This document shows positions 45,954-55,503 of a DNA stretch of 64,000 bases, piece after piece (the first letter of the stretch is position 1; each line of letters starts with the position of its first letter). The notes beneath the pieces are model-generated. The model searched no databases, was not told where the DNA came from, and worked only from the letters and a program-made list of their open reading frames with translations. The translations under genes and the position numbers were made by a program. The DNA comes from an uncultured Chloroflexia bacterium (lineage in GTDB: Bacteria > Chloroflexota > Ktedonobacteria > Ktedonobacterales > Ktedonobacteraceae), in NCBI GenBank assembly GCA_963731605.1, contig CAVSWA010000001.1:439242-503241 (forward strand), given 5' to 3'.

Positions 45954-46448
45954 TTATGGCATGTTTGATGATACGTTATCCGATAATTGCTGGCGAATAC
46001 GCTCGTGTCGCTCGATAGTGGCCTGCAGCGTGGTGCGCATCTGCTCGAGGCCCGCCATTTTTTGCTCGATCATTTGCAGTTGACGGCGGATAAGTTCGTC
46101 GCCTCTATCTAACTGGGCAATTTTAGCGTCAGCTTCGGTTTCGTGCTGGTAGGCTACTTTCAGCATCCCCCGTTCGTCGTCTACGTCTAACATGGCGCGG
46201 ATGTCCGCCAGGGAAAAGCCCAGCAGGTCACGCAGCTTTTTAATATGATCTATGCGGTGAATGTCTTCATCGCTATAACGCCGGTAGTTTCCTCCGGTGC
46301 GATCAGTGGGCGGCAGCAGGCCCATTTCTTCGTAGTAGCGCAGGGTGCGTTTCGTCAACCCGGTCTGCGCCGCAACCTGGTCGATAGAATAAGCATGTAT
46401 TTCATCTATATTTTCTGAAGGAAAGTGTTCATTTGTGGCAATCATCAA
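45954..46448 (-). CDS. MerR-family transcriptional regulator
   Basis: The YSIDQVAAQTGLTKRTLRYYEEMGLL HTH motif is followed by a coiled-coil dimerisation helix. It lies upstream of and on the same strand as the MFS gene. Confidence 0.85.
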   Translation of the reverse strand: MMIATNEHFPSENIDEIHAYSIDQVAAQTGLTKRTLRYYEEMGLLPPTDRTGGNYRRYSDEDIHRIDHIKKLRDLLGFSLADIRAMLDVDDERGMLKVAYQHETEADAKIAQLDRGDELIRRQLQMIEQKMAGLEQMRTTLQATIERHERIRQQLSDNVSSNMP

Positions 46449-46578
46449 TGCGATATCCTCTCCAAAAATAGTTAGAGACAGCGCTAACGCGGGGGTCTAT
46501 TAGTAGTATACACCAGGATTACCGTTTACGTCAATGTGAGGGTGAGCATAATTGCTGAGTTATGCTGTGGTCTATTGT

Positions 46579-47556
46579 CTATGGCTTGATGGTAATGGTT
46601 GTGGTAGCCATGCTATAGTTCAACGCGCCATCCACCGCGAAGACCAGGATTGTGTGCGTGCCGGGTGAGAGATGCTTCGTATCAAGCGTCAGGTCAGGGC
46701 CGATATGTGGTTGGCTGCCGACGTGATCAAGGAACCAGGTTATGCGCACTACACCCACGTTATCAGTAGCCAGCGCGCGGAAGGTGAGGATCGGATTATC
46801 CGGGGAAGATTGCTCCATGACCACGTGGGGAGAGATAGTATCGGGGGAAGGGTGAGTATAGGGATTCGAGAAGGCAGGCGCCAGAAATTCCTGCGCTGAA
46901 ATACTGCCGTATACTTTGTCACGTACCCAGTTGATACCCACCAGTGTCAGTTCATGATCGAGGATGTTCATGCGGTGTCCGCAGTTCTCTGACGAGTCAT
47001 CGTACATATATTCATAGATTGGCCCGGCGCCCGCAACAGGATTGCCCGCGAGGTTTTCCGCGGCCAGGGTGTAATGATTGGCTGTAGCCGGATTATTCTC
47101 AATGCGATCTGCGAAAGTGCCGCTAATGGGGCTGGTATGTGAGAAGAAGTGTAAATTAGCCATTTGTCTGCTATATCCCAGGGCCATTTGTGAAAGCGAT
47201 GCATCCATTGTCAGGGGCGGCAGTTTGCGATCGGTGCGCTCAAGGTTGATCAAAATAAATTGCTGTTGCGCGGGTCCGAGATGATAATAATTTGCTGGAA
47301 GGCGTAGCGAAGGCAGGTTTTCCTGCGCGCGGGCATTATCAATGGCAGCGATTGCATCGCTCTCGCTATTTGAACTCAGATAATCAGGAGAAGCCGGGAT
47401 GTCCACACACGCGCCTCTCGCTGCAACACCGGGTTGCCTGTGGCCGATCAACCAGGCTCCAGCTGCCAGCATTAAAAGTATGCATAACAATACTGTTATT
47501 TTGCGCATCGCCACTTTCCCTTTTAGATACTTGTATTTACACTTCTCTATCGGCAT
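46579..47556 (-). CDS. Secreted CAP/SCP (PR-1-like) domain protein with a C-terminal Ig-like domain
   Basis: The signal-like MRKITVLLCILLMLAAGAWL makes the ATG at 47508 the likely start. CAP signature region: ...LSQMALGYSRQMANLHFFSHTSP...YTLAAENLAG. Confidence 0.7.
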   Translation of the reverse strand: MPIEKCKYKYLKGKVAMRKITVLLCILLMLAAGAWLIGHRQPGVAARGACVDIPASPDYLSSNSESDAIAAIDNARAQENLPSLRLPANYYHLGPAQQQFILINLERTDRKLPPLTMDASLSQMALGYSRQMANLHFFSHTSPISGTFADRIENNPATANHYTLAAENLAGNPVAGAGPIYEYMYDDSSENCGHRMNILDHELTLVGINWVRDKVYGSISAQEFLAPAFSNPYTHPSPDTISPHVVMEQSSPDNPILTFRALATDNVGVVRITWFLDHVGSQPHIGPDLTLDTKHLSPGTHTILVFAVDGALNYSMATTTITIKP

Positions 47557-47765
47557 AAGCGGGTGCGGTGTGTAACAAGCAAGTCCCCAGGCGCGGGGCC
47601 ACGCGGTTTGGAGATGAGGGCTATACTACTGGTAACACAAACGTCACGCGCATGGAAGTTGCTGGTAAACAAGGACGAGATGTTGAAAGTGCGGCGAAGT
47701 ACGCAGTGGCGCGTCGCGTGTCTTCGTGGGAAGCGGCAGCGACCGAGAAAAGGAGAAGCGAGAGA

Positions 47766-48125
47766 ATGAAGCCTAAACTGGTTATTGTCGATGATGAGGC
47801 AGACATCCGTCGCCTGATCGTCTTTTTGTTGCGTTCCTACGAACTTTATGAGGCCCAGAACGGCAAGCGCGCCCTGGAATTAATTCGCGAGGTGCAGCCG
47901 GACCTGGTGCTGCTTGATGTCATGATGCCGGAAATGTCGGGGCTGGAGGTGCTCGAGGCGATGCGCGCGGATGTACCAATCGCGTCCATTCCCGTTATCC
48001 TGCTCTCCGCCAAGGGCCAGGCAGCCGAAATCGAACAGGGTTTGCGCAGTGGCGCTACCCAATATCTGGTCAAACCTTTCGAGTCCCAGTCATTGCGCAC
48101 CTGTATAGCAGAAGTGTTGCAATAG
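47766..48125 (+). CDS. Single-domain response regulator (CheY-like receiver)
   Basis: KLVIVDDEADIRRL, LVLLDVMMPEMSG and LLSAKG..YLVKPF. AGGAGA at 47751-47756 precedes the ATG at 47766. Confidence 0.85.
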   Translation: MKPKLVIVDDEADIRRLIVFLLRSYELYEAQNGKRALELIREVQPDLVLLDVMMPEMSGLEVLEAMRADVPIASIPVILLSAKGQAAEIEQGLRSGATQYLVKPFESQSLRTCIAEVLQ

Positions 48126-48157
48126 CTCGCCAGCTTTCCAGTGAAAGTGTAACGTTT

Positions 48158-50122
48158 ATGCACTCGATTGTTCGCAAGCAAAGCCACACGCGCGTCGTGG
48201 ATTGGCTCAACACGCGACTTACCGTCATATTTCTCCTGATCCTGGTCGTGTTTCTCCTCGCTATCGGGGCAAGTTTGTACGCTTTTAATACCCAGCGCCA
48301 CCTGGATGACCAGAAAGTGTTGCTACGCGAGGATGCGGATGGCATTCTACAGGCGATGATTGACCAGCAGAGTGGCTTGCGGGACTATATCAGCAACAAT
48401 AACCCGGCGTACCTGGCGCTTTTTCACCAGGGGCGATCAACCTATAGGGCTTCAGTGCAGGATCTTATCACTCAGCTGCAGCCCAGCCCCTTTCGCCATA
48501 CCCTTGTCGGGTTGACGGTAGTGCAGGAAGCAGCCGATAACTGGTACAGCGATTATGCTCTGACCCAGGAGAATGAAATGCAGGCCGGCAATCTGACTGG
48601 CCCGCGCTCCCAGGCGAGCATTCTGCGAGGCAGCGCCCTCTTCGACCTGTTCCGCGCGTCGATTACCCATGTCGAACAGACCATCGAGCTAGACCTGGCT
48701 GGATACCAGAGCCAGGTGGATACCATCAACCTCATCTTGTTGTTCGGGGGTCTGGCGATCGCCTTCGCCGCGAACGCCGCCTTCCTGTTGTTGCTGCGCA
48801 GCTTTACGAAGACGCTGCAGGGGCAGATCGCGAGCTTGACGAGCACGACCGAGCGGTTGGCTCAAGGGGAGAAAACTGCCCGGGTTGTTGCCCTGCCCTT
48901 TGCCGATCTAGACCAGGTCGGCCAATCACTCAATCACATGGCCGGAGCGATCGAGCTGCACGAGCGCGCCATCGAAGAGTCTATGCGCGCTCTAGAAACC
49001 CAGTATGCCCTGGTAGAGCGCGCTCAGAGCGAGAGCCGGGCCATTTTCGATGCTTCCAGCGAGGCGTATATTTTCATCTCTGCCAGCGGGCAGGTGAATG
49101 CCATCAATCGTCCATTTCGCGAGTTTTTTGCCATGTCTGCTAATGAAGTCGTGGGAAAGTCCTTTGCCGACCTGCGACCCCGGTGGGAGGCGCTTTTCAT
49201 CAATATGTCTGCTTTTCAAGCGGAGCTGGGGCAGGATGTCACAAATCAGGAGCGCCGCTATATGACGGTGGTGATCCAGAAGGAACCGCAGTATCGAGAA
49301 CTGGCCGTCACTTCGACGCCGGTACCCAGTTCCACCAATGCCTACCTGGGTCGCCTGTACGTCCTGCGCGATATCACGCGGGAGCGGGAGGCGGAGCGCC
49401 TCAAAGCCGATTTTAATGCCCTGGTCTCGCATGGGCTGCGCTCTCCGCTGACCTCCATCATGGGCTATACGGACCTGCTGGTGCAACAGGAAGAGACCGG
49501 GCCGCTGACCGACCTGCAGAAGGAGTTTCTGGAGATCGTCCAGAGTAATACGCGTCGGCTGCTGGCGCTCGTCAACGACTTGCTCGATATGGCGCGGCTG
49601 GAAGCACAGACTATGGTGGTGCGCGCGGTTCCGCTCAACCTGCACGCTCTCATCAACGATGTTATGCGGAGCATGCGCCCGCAGGTCGAGGAGCGGCGCC
49701 AGCGCCTCTCCCTGCACCTGGCAGCTTTGCCGATCACAGTGCTGGGTGACGAGAATCGCGTGGGGCAAATCTTAACCAATCTCCTGACCTTTGCTGCCAA
49801 TCATACGCCAGTGGGAGGACACATAGACTGGCAAACGCAGCAGGAAGACGGCATGGCCCGCATTGCCTGCACCAGCGGTGGCAACCTTTCCGCCGAGGAT
49901 CTGGCGGCCTTTACCCATCCCTTCTTTCAGGATTTCGCCCTTGCTCCGTCAGCAACGGTGGGAAGCGTGCTGGGGCCATCCATTACGCGTTCGTTGGTGG
50001 AACTGCAAGGCGGCACACTGCAGGTGAGCACCGAGGGGGAAGAGGGCTGCATCTTTACGTTTACGCTGCCGCTTACTCCGTCCCAGGCACCCGAGCGCGA
50101 GGCAATCGCTCAGTTGTTGTGA
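48158..50122 (+). CDS. Sensor histidine kinase (CHASE3-like sensor, HAMP, PAS, HisKA, HATPase_c)
   Basis: 654 aa. An N-terminal TM segment is followed by a CHASE3-like region (QQSGLRDYISNNNPAYLALF). A second TM segment and a HAMP domain follow. The H-box is ALVSHGLRSPLTSIMGY, and an ATPase domain is present. Confidence 0.8.
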   Translation: MHSIVRKQSHTRVVDWLNTRLTVIFLLILVVFLLAIGASLYAFNTQRHLDDQKVLLREDADGILQAMIDQQSGLRDYISNNNPAYLALFHQGRSTYRASVQDLITQLQPSPFRHTLVGLTVVQEAADNWYSDYALTQENEMQAGNLTGPRSQASILRGSALFDLFRASITHVEQTIELDLAGYQSQVDTINLILLFGGLAIAFAANAAFLLLLRSFTKTLQGQIASLTSTTERLAQGEKTARVVALPFADLDQVGQSLNHMAGAIELHERAIEESMRALETQYALVERAQSESRAIFDASSEAYIFISASGQVNAINRPFREFFAMSANEVVGKSFADLRPRWEALFINMSAFQAELGQDVTNQERRYMTVVIQKEPQYRELAVTSTPVPSSTNAYLGRLYVLRDITREREAERLKADFNALVSHGLRSPLTSIMGYTDLLVQQEETGPLTDLQKEFLEIVQSNTRRLLALVNDLLDMARLEAQTMVVRAVPLNLHALINDVMRSMRPQVEERRQRLSLHLAALPITVLGDENRVGQILTNLLTFAANHTPVGGHIDWQTQQEDGMARIACTSGGNLSAEDLAAFTHPFFQDFALAPSATVGSVLGPSITRSLVELQGGTLQVSTEGEEGCIFTFTLPLTPSQAPEREAIAQLL

Positions 50123-51367
50123 CGGGGGAGGGTGAAGAGAAAGGTGGACCCGTGGCCAGGCTCACTTGTCACCTGGACCTTTCCTCCCTGCATTTCCACC
50201 AGGGAACGGACAATCGAGAGGCCCAGGCCAGTCCCACTGACAGTCTCGGTCAGTTTGTTGTGCGCCCGGTAGAAGCGGTTGAAGAGTTGAGCCTGTTCCT
50301 CTATAGACAACCCAATGCCGTTATCGGTGATCGACACACGCGCAACGGGTCCATCCGCCTCGAACAGAGAGGTCGATGTGACCTCCTTCGGGGGTATATT
50401 TGTGGGCGTTGGAGAGCAAGTTGGTGAGGATTTGCGTCACGAGACCTGCATCACCGAGCACGATGGTAGCTTCAGCAGGCATGCGCAGGGCGAACGTCTG
50501 GCGTTTTGCCTCCCAGCCAGGTTGAAAGGAGGGTACCAATTCAGCAATGAGCAGATTGATATTGAGAGGTTCGCTGTGCCACTCGATCTTGCCGGACTCC
50601 AGGCACGAGAGGTCTAACATGTTATTGATGAGGCTCGCCAGGCGGTGAACATTGTTGCGGGAAATTTCCAGAAATTCGCGCTGTAACTCGTTCAGATCAC
50701 CTACGGTGTCATCGGTTAAGACGAGATCGATATACCCTTTGATGGAGGTCAACGGGGTGCGTAATTCGTGCGAGACGAGGGAGACAAATTCGGATTTCAT
50801 CCGATCCACGGCATGAATTTGTGTTACGTCATGCCAGACATAGAGCCTGCCAATGTAGGTATGGTCTGCATTCATGACGGGCAGGGATGAGAGATCGAAC
50901 TCTCGGCCCGCTGCTATCGCGAACGCATGGTGTTCTCGAAAGATGTGTTCCTCGTCTCGAGTGCTCCAGGCCAGCCATTGGTCTAGCGAGTCGGAGGCTT
51001 CGAACAATCCTTTCAGCAAGGCAATTAGCTGACTGGGAGACTGTGAAAGCACAGTTGTGTCGTCAAGCCCAAAGAAGTCGGTAAAGCGCTTGTTCACCCG
51101 TATGGGGCGTCCACCAGGGGTGAGCAAGAGCATAGCTTCTTGAGAGGCATCGATGATGGCACGCAGTTGACTTTGCGTCCGTTCGAGCTGGGCATAATTG
51201 GTTTCCGCGCGACGCAAAGCCTCCTGCAAACGGTCTTCGCTGAAACGAAACATTTCTTCAGAAGCGCTTAGACGCCCATCCATATTTTCTGTCTTCCTTG
51301 TTTGTTCGAAGCTCTGTGATTGTTTTAACTCACTGGCACTCTGCTGTGATGTGTGTTTCCTGGCCAT
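50110..51367 (-). pseudogene. PAS-domain sensor histidine kinase, frame-broken in the ATPase domain
   Basis: ORF 50321-51367 has a PAS domain, the H-box SLVSHELRTPLTSIKGY and the N-box LLSNAHKYTPEGGHIDLSV. The G-boxes (ITDNGIGL, GTGLGLSIV) are in ORF 50110-50337, in another frame. The shift is near 50358-50366. Confidence 0.8.
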
Positions 51368-51372
51368 GCACT

Positions 51373-51771
51373 CTATTTCCCGTCTATTAACAGGTCAGCT
51401 ATACGTTGTAACAAGACTTTGCCACTGAACGGTTTGCCGATATGAGCAGTACAACCAACAGCCATGGCGCGCTCTTCATCAAAGGGAGCAATATGAGCGG
51501 TGACGGCAATGATGGGGGTGGCGCGAAACTCACTCATTTTGCGCAAGTGTCCTACGGCTTCCCACCCGTCGATATCCGGTAATGATAGGTCCATCAGGAT
51601 GAGGTCCGGGTGGTGTAGTTTGGCCTGGGTCAGGGAAGCTTGTCCGTCTTCGGCAAGCACCACCCGGTAACCGGACCTTTCCAGAAGCTTTTTCAGCAAC
51701 ACGCGAATATCCTCGCTATCATCTACCACCAGGATTTGTTTTTTCTGTTCGGCGCTGGTCTGTTGGTCCAT
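51373..51771 (-). CDS. Single-domain response regulator (CheY-like receiver)
   Basis: ILVVDDSEDIRVLL, LILMDLSLPDIDG and AVTAH...HIGKPF. Its stop is 5 nt before the downstream kinase start. Confidence 0.85.
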   Translation of the reverse strand: MDQQTSAEQKKQILVVDDSEDIRVLLKKLLERSGYRVVLAEDGQASLTQAKLHHPDLILMDLSLPDIDGWEAVGHLRKMSEFRATPIIAVTAHIAPFDEERAMAVGCTAHIGKPFSGKVLLQRIADLLIDGK

Positions 51772-51840
51772 ACTGCTCCTTGTCTTCGTATCTGTCGATA
51801 TTATTGATACTGTCTCTCTCGTCTCTATGCTGGCCAGGTC

Positions 51841-53924
51841 TCAGGCCTGGCTGGTGGCTTGAAATGAACTTTGCCTGGATGCCACAAGGCGATGCAAGGT
51901 ACTGACCAGAGTATCCCGATTAAAAGGCTTGATCAAGTAATCGTCTGCACCCAACACATAGCCTGTTGTAGGTTCGGAGAGCACCGAAAGCACGATGATC
52001 GGTATGGAAGCAACTACCGGGTTGTTCTTCAAGCGATGGAGAATTTGCCAGCCATTTAATTTCGGCATCATCACATCAAGTGTGATGGCACAGGGTCGCA
52101 ACTTTTGTATGCTTGGCATTACTTTTGAGGGATCTGTCACTCCAACGATCTTGTAGGGCGTATTCTTGAAGGCCGCTTTGATGAGGTCGATGACGTCCGG
52201 GTTGTCGTCCACGGCCAGCACCAGGTTGATCTGTCCATCGTTGGCTTCTGGATTGGCGGAAGCTGTCAATGACTCAAGGAGCAAGGCAGGTTCGAAATCC
52301 GCAGAATTGGGAGTGGTCGTGGGGACTTCGAATAGCTGTGGTGGATACAAACGCGGGAAAGGCTGCTCAACTTGTAGCTGAGTTGCCTTGAGGGGCAGAA
52401 ACACCGTAAAGGTGCTGCCCTGGCCTAATGAGCTTTTGACCTGGACAGTGCCACCCAGGAGCGTCGTCAACTGCATGACAATGGCAAGACCGAGTCCCGT
52501 TCCACCGATTTTGCGCGTGTGACTTCCATCAGCCTGGAAAAAAGCTTCAAAGACACGTTCTTGAAGGTCCTCAGGGATGCCGATCCCGGTATCTGCCACG
52601 GCAATGGCAATATGCTCTCCCTCCGTATGTGAGGATTCCACCCGCCTTGCCGATAGCGTGACTTCCCCATTCTTCGCGAACTTGAGGGCATTGGAGACAA
52701 GGTTGAGCAGGATCTGGTGTAACTTTAGCTCGTTGGTTTCCAGGAGATCAAGCCTTTCTTCCACTTCAACTCCCAGGGTGATGTTTTGCGCAAGAGCAAT
52801 TGATTGGGTTTCCTCGACAACCGAGGTCAGCAGTTTTCTCACGTTCACCTGGATAAAGGTGATATCCATACGACCAGCCTGAATTTTCGAAAGGTCCAGT
52901 ACATCGTTAATCAGACAAAGCAAGTGTTGAGCGTTTTTGAGGATGCGCCTCTGATTGTCTAACAGTGCTGAGTTCATGTCGGCTTGTGTTATATCATCCA
53001 ACTGCATTTCGCTGAAGCCAATAATCGAAGTCAGCGGTGTGCGCAATTCGTGTGACATGGTGGCAAGGAACTGGTCGCGAGTTTTATTCGCCTCTACCAG
53101 GGCTGCATTTAAGGTAATGAGTTCTTCGATCATGCGTTTCTGCTCGGTAATGTCATGGACAATCGTCGAAGCTGCGATGATTTTCCCTGTGGGGTCTCGG
53201 ATGGGGGAGACCGTGACTGACACCTCTATGAGGGTGCCATCCTTGCTCATCCGCGTCGTTTCATAATTCTTAACTACTTCACCCTCCATGAGCCGTTTGG
53301 ATATTTCCACCACCTCTTTTGGCGGTCAGGCGGTATCATGAAAGAGACAGATTTTCCGATAACCTCATCAGCAGTAAATCCAAAAAGTTTCTCTGCAGCG
53401 CTATTCCAACTGGTAATCACGCCTTGCGGGGTATCGCCAATAATAGCGGCTCCTGAGGACTCTACTATAGATGCCAGCCGGTGCAGTTCCTCTTCTATGC
53501 GCTTCTGTTCGGTCATATCACGAACGGCCGCAATGACGTGGAGCGCGTCATCGACCAGCAGGGGCCTCAGACTGATGTCCGCTGGAAACTCCGAACCATC
53601 CTTACGCTTTCCAGATAACTGGAGTCCTGTACCCAACTGGCGTGTGCGCGGCGCAGAGAAAAAGTACTCCCGGTAGGCAAAATGGGCATCGCGAAAGCGC
53701 TCGGGCAGGAGGATTTCGATCTGTTGGCCCGGCAATTCCTGGGGCGCAAATCCAAAGAGTGCTTCCATCTGCTCATTGACAGCTGTGATAGTTCCAGCCT
53801 GATCGATCACCAGTAGAGCATCTGGTGAAATTTGCAGTAACGGGAACAAGCCCATAGACGTAACTCTTACTGGTGCAGGGGAGGTACGAGGCTGTTGTTC
53901 GTTGAATACCAAGAAATCCTCCAT
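51841..53924 (-). pseudogene. Hybrid sensor histidine kinase (2 PAS, HisKA, HATPase_c, receiver), frame-broken between or within the PAS domains
   Basis: ORF 53274-53924 holds PAS 1 and the start of PAS 2. ORF 51841-53313 holds the rest of PAS 2, the H-box MSHELRTPLTSIIGF, GTGLGLAIV and the receiver (LAVDDNP...TLDVMMPKLNG). On the coding strand, CAAAAGAGG would read ..DRQKEVVEISKRL.. if the A4 run (T4 at 53317-53320 on the plus strand) were A5. Confidence 0.8.
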
Positions 53925-54123
53925 TTGACTACTGTCATCTGTCTATCTTCTAGTATACTCAGCCAGACAAACAGCCATTCAGCGCTGCCTCTTACTTCAA
54001 AACCAACCAGGGACAACGCTGCGCTGCCGTACAAAATTTGTTACAGTACGAGGAGTTAGAGGTTCAAACGCGCATGACGAATGCCGTCGATATGTCATAA
54101 TAAAGCTACGTTTGAATCCATTC

Positions 54124-54152
54124 TTGACAGAGAAAGGGAAATTGGTTACACT
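54124..54152 (+). promoter_or_regulatory. Candidate sigma-70-type promoter placing the TSS at or next to the IclR start codon (leaderless candidate)
   Basis: TTGACA (54124-54129), a 17-nt spacer, then TACACT (54147-54152). The ATG at 54159 lies 7 nt downstream of the -10 element. Confidence 0.35.
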
Positions 54153-54158
54153 GTTCTT

Positions 54159-54992
54159 ATGAATGAACAATCAGTTCAATATAGCGAACAAAGCGAAGCA
54201 GGTGAAGCGACCATTCCGGCGCAGGTAGCGCCAGCGCCGATGGTAGAGCGCGCTTTTCGCCTACTCGACCTTTTGAGCGTGACGGAAGAGGGTTTGACGT
54301 TGTCGGACCTGGCGCGCGCGCTCGGTATGAGCAAAGGCAGTATTCATGGGCTGCTCAAAACGATGGAGAATAGTGGGGCCATAGAGCAGGTGGAGGACAG
54401 GCGCTTTGTGCTGGGGCCGCGCATCTATGATCTGGCGCAGACCTATATCCAGCGCGCGGGGCTGCGCCATTTTGCGCTGCCGTCCATGCGTCGTCTGGCG
54501 AGCAGCACAGGCGAGACTGTGTGCCTGGGCAGGGTTGAGCAGAAGGGCGTGCGTATCATTGAGTGCGTGGAAGGTGAAGGTGAGCAGGGAGGATTTCATA
54601 TAGCCGCGAGACGAGGAATGCGTATACCGTTGCTGGCTGGCGCCTGCGGTGTGGTCGTGCTGGCATCATGGCCGGTGGCGCAGCGCGAGCAGTATTTGCG
54701 CGCGCACCCGTTACCGCGTTTCACAGTGCATTCGATTACAGATGCGCAGCAGTTCCTGGCGCGTGTGGAAGAGGTCGCGCGCACTGGCGTCAGCATTGAT
54801 TCCGAGGAATATCTGGATGGCGTCAATGCGGTATCGACGCCGGTATATGGCGCGGGAGGTGTACTGGTGGCCCTGCTGTGGATCGTCGGCTTTGCTTCGC
54901 GTTTTAAGGATGAGGTACTGGAGCGTGCTGCCGGGCAATTGCGGGAGGAAGCGATAGCGATTTCGCGGTCGCTGGGAGCGAAGTCGGAATAA
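54159..54992 (+). CDS. IclR-family transcriptional regulator
   Basis: The N-terminal wHTH is VERAFRLLDLLS...LTLSDLARALGMSKGSIHGLL. The C-terminal IclR effector domain has GETVCLG...GVNAVSTPVY. Confidence 0.85.
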   Translation: MNEQSVQYSEQSEAGEATIPAQVAPAPMVERAFRLLDLLSVTEEGLTLSDLARALGMSKGSIHGLLKTMENSGAIEQVEDRRFVLGPRIYDLAQTYIQRAGLRHFALPSMRRLASSTGETVCLGRVEQKGVRIIECVEGEGEQGGFHIAARRGMRIPLLAGACGVVVLASWPVAQREQYLRAHPLPRFTVHSITDAQQFLARVEEVARTGVSIDSEEYLDGVNAVSTPVYGAGGVLVALLWIVGFASRFKDEVLERAAGQLREEAIAISRSLGAKSE

Positions 54993-55017
54993 GATGGTTT
55001 CGTGAGAGGAGGCTGCG

Positions 55018-55503
55018 ATGCGCGAGCTTATTACCCTGCGTGTCAATGGTGAAAGCCACGAAATAGCGGTGTTAGCGCATCATACCTTGCTGGAGGTGCT
55101 GCGTGAAGACCTGGGATTGATAGGAACCAAGCATGGCTGCGAACTGGGCGAGTGCGGAGCCTGCACCGTGCTGATCGATGGTTTGCCGTCGCTTTCGTGC
55201 CTGGTCTTGCCAGTCGAAATGCAGGAGAGCGAGATTACGACTATCGAGGGAGCGGAAGCAAATGGTAAACTGCACCCCTTGCAGGAGACCTTTGCCGAAC
55301 TGGGAGCGGCTCAATGCGGTTATTGCACACCAGGGATTTTGCTGTCCGGCATCGCGCTCTTACGCGACCATCCCCAGCCGACGCGAGCGGAGATGCAGGA
55401 AGCCCTATCTGGCAACCTGTGTCGCTGTACCGGGTATACTAAAATCTACGAAGCGGTGGAAGCCGCTGCGCAACGCATGGCCCGGAATGGAGGCGCGCCA
55501 TGA
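55018..55503 (+). CDS. (2Fe-2S)-binding small subunit of a xanthine-dehydrogenase-family molybdoenzyme (HcrC/CoxS-like)
   Basis: 161 aa. The first cluster motif is GCELGECGACTV. The second is CGYCTPG...CRCTGY. Confidence 0.9.
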   Translation: MRELITLRVNGESHEIAVLAHHTLLEVLREDLGLIGTKHGCELGECGACTVLIDGLPSLSCLVLPVEMQESEITTIEGAEANGKLHPLQETFAELGAAQCGYCTPGILLSGIALLRDHPQPTRAEMQEALSGNLCRCTGYTKIYEAVEAAAQRMARNGGAP

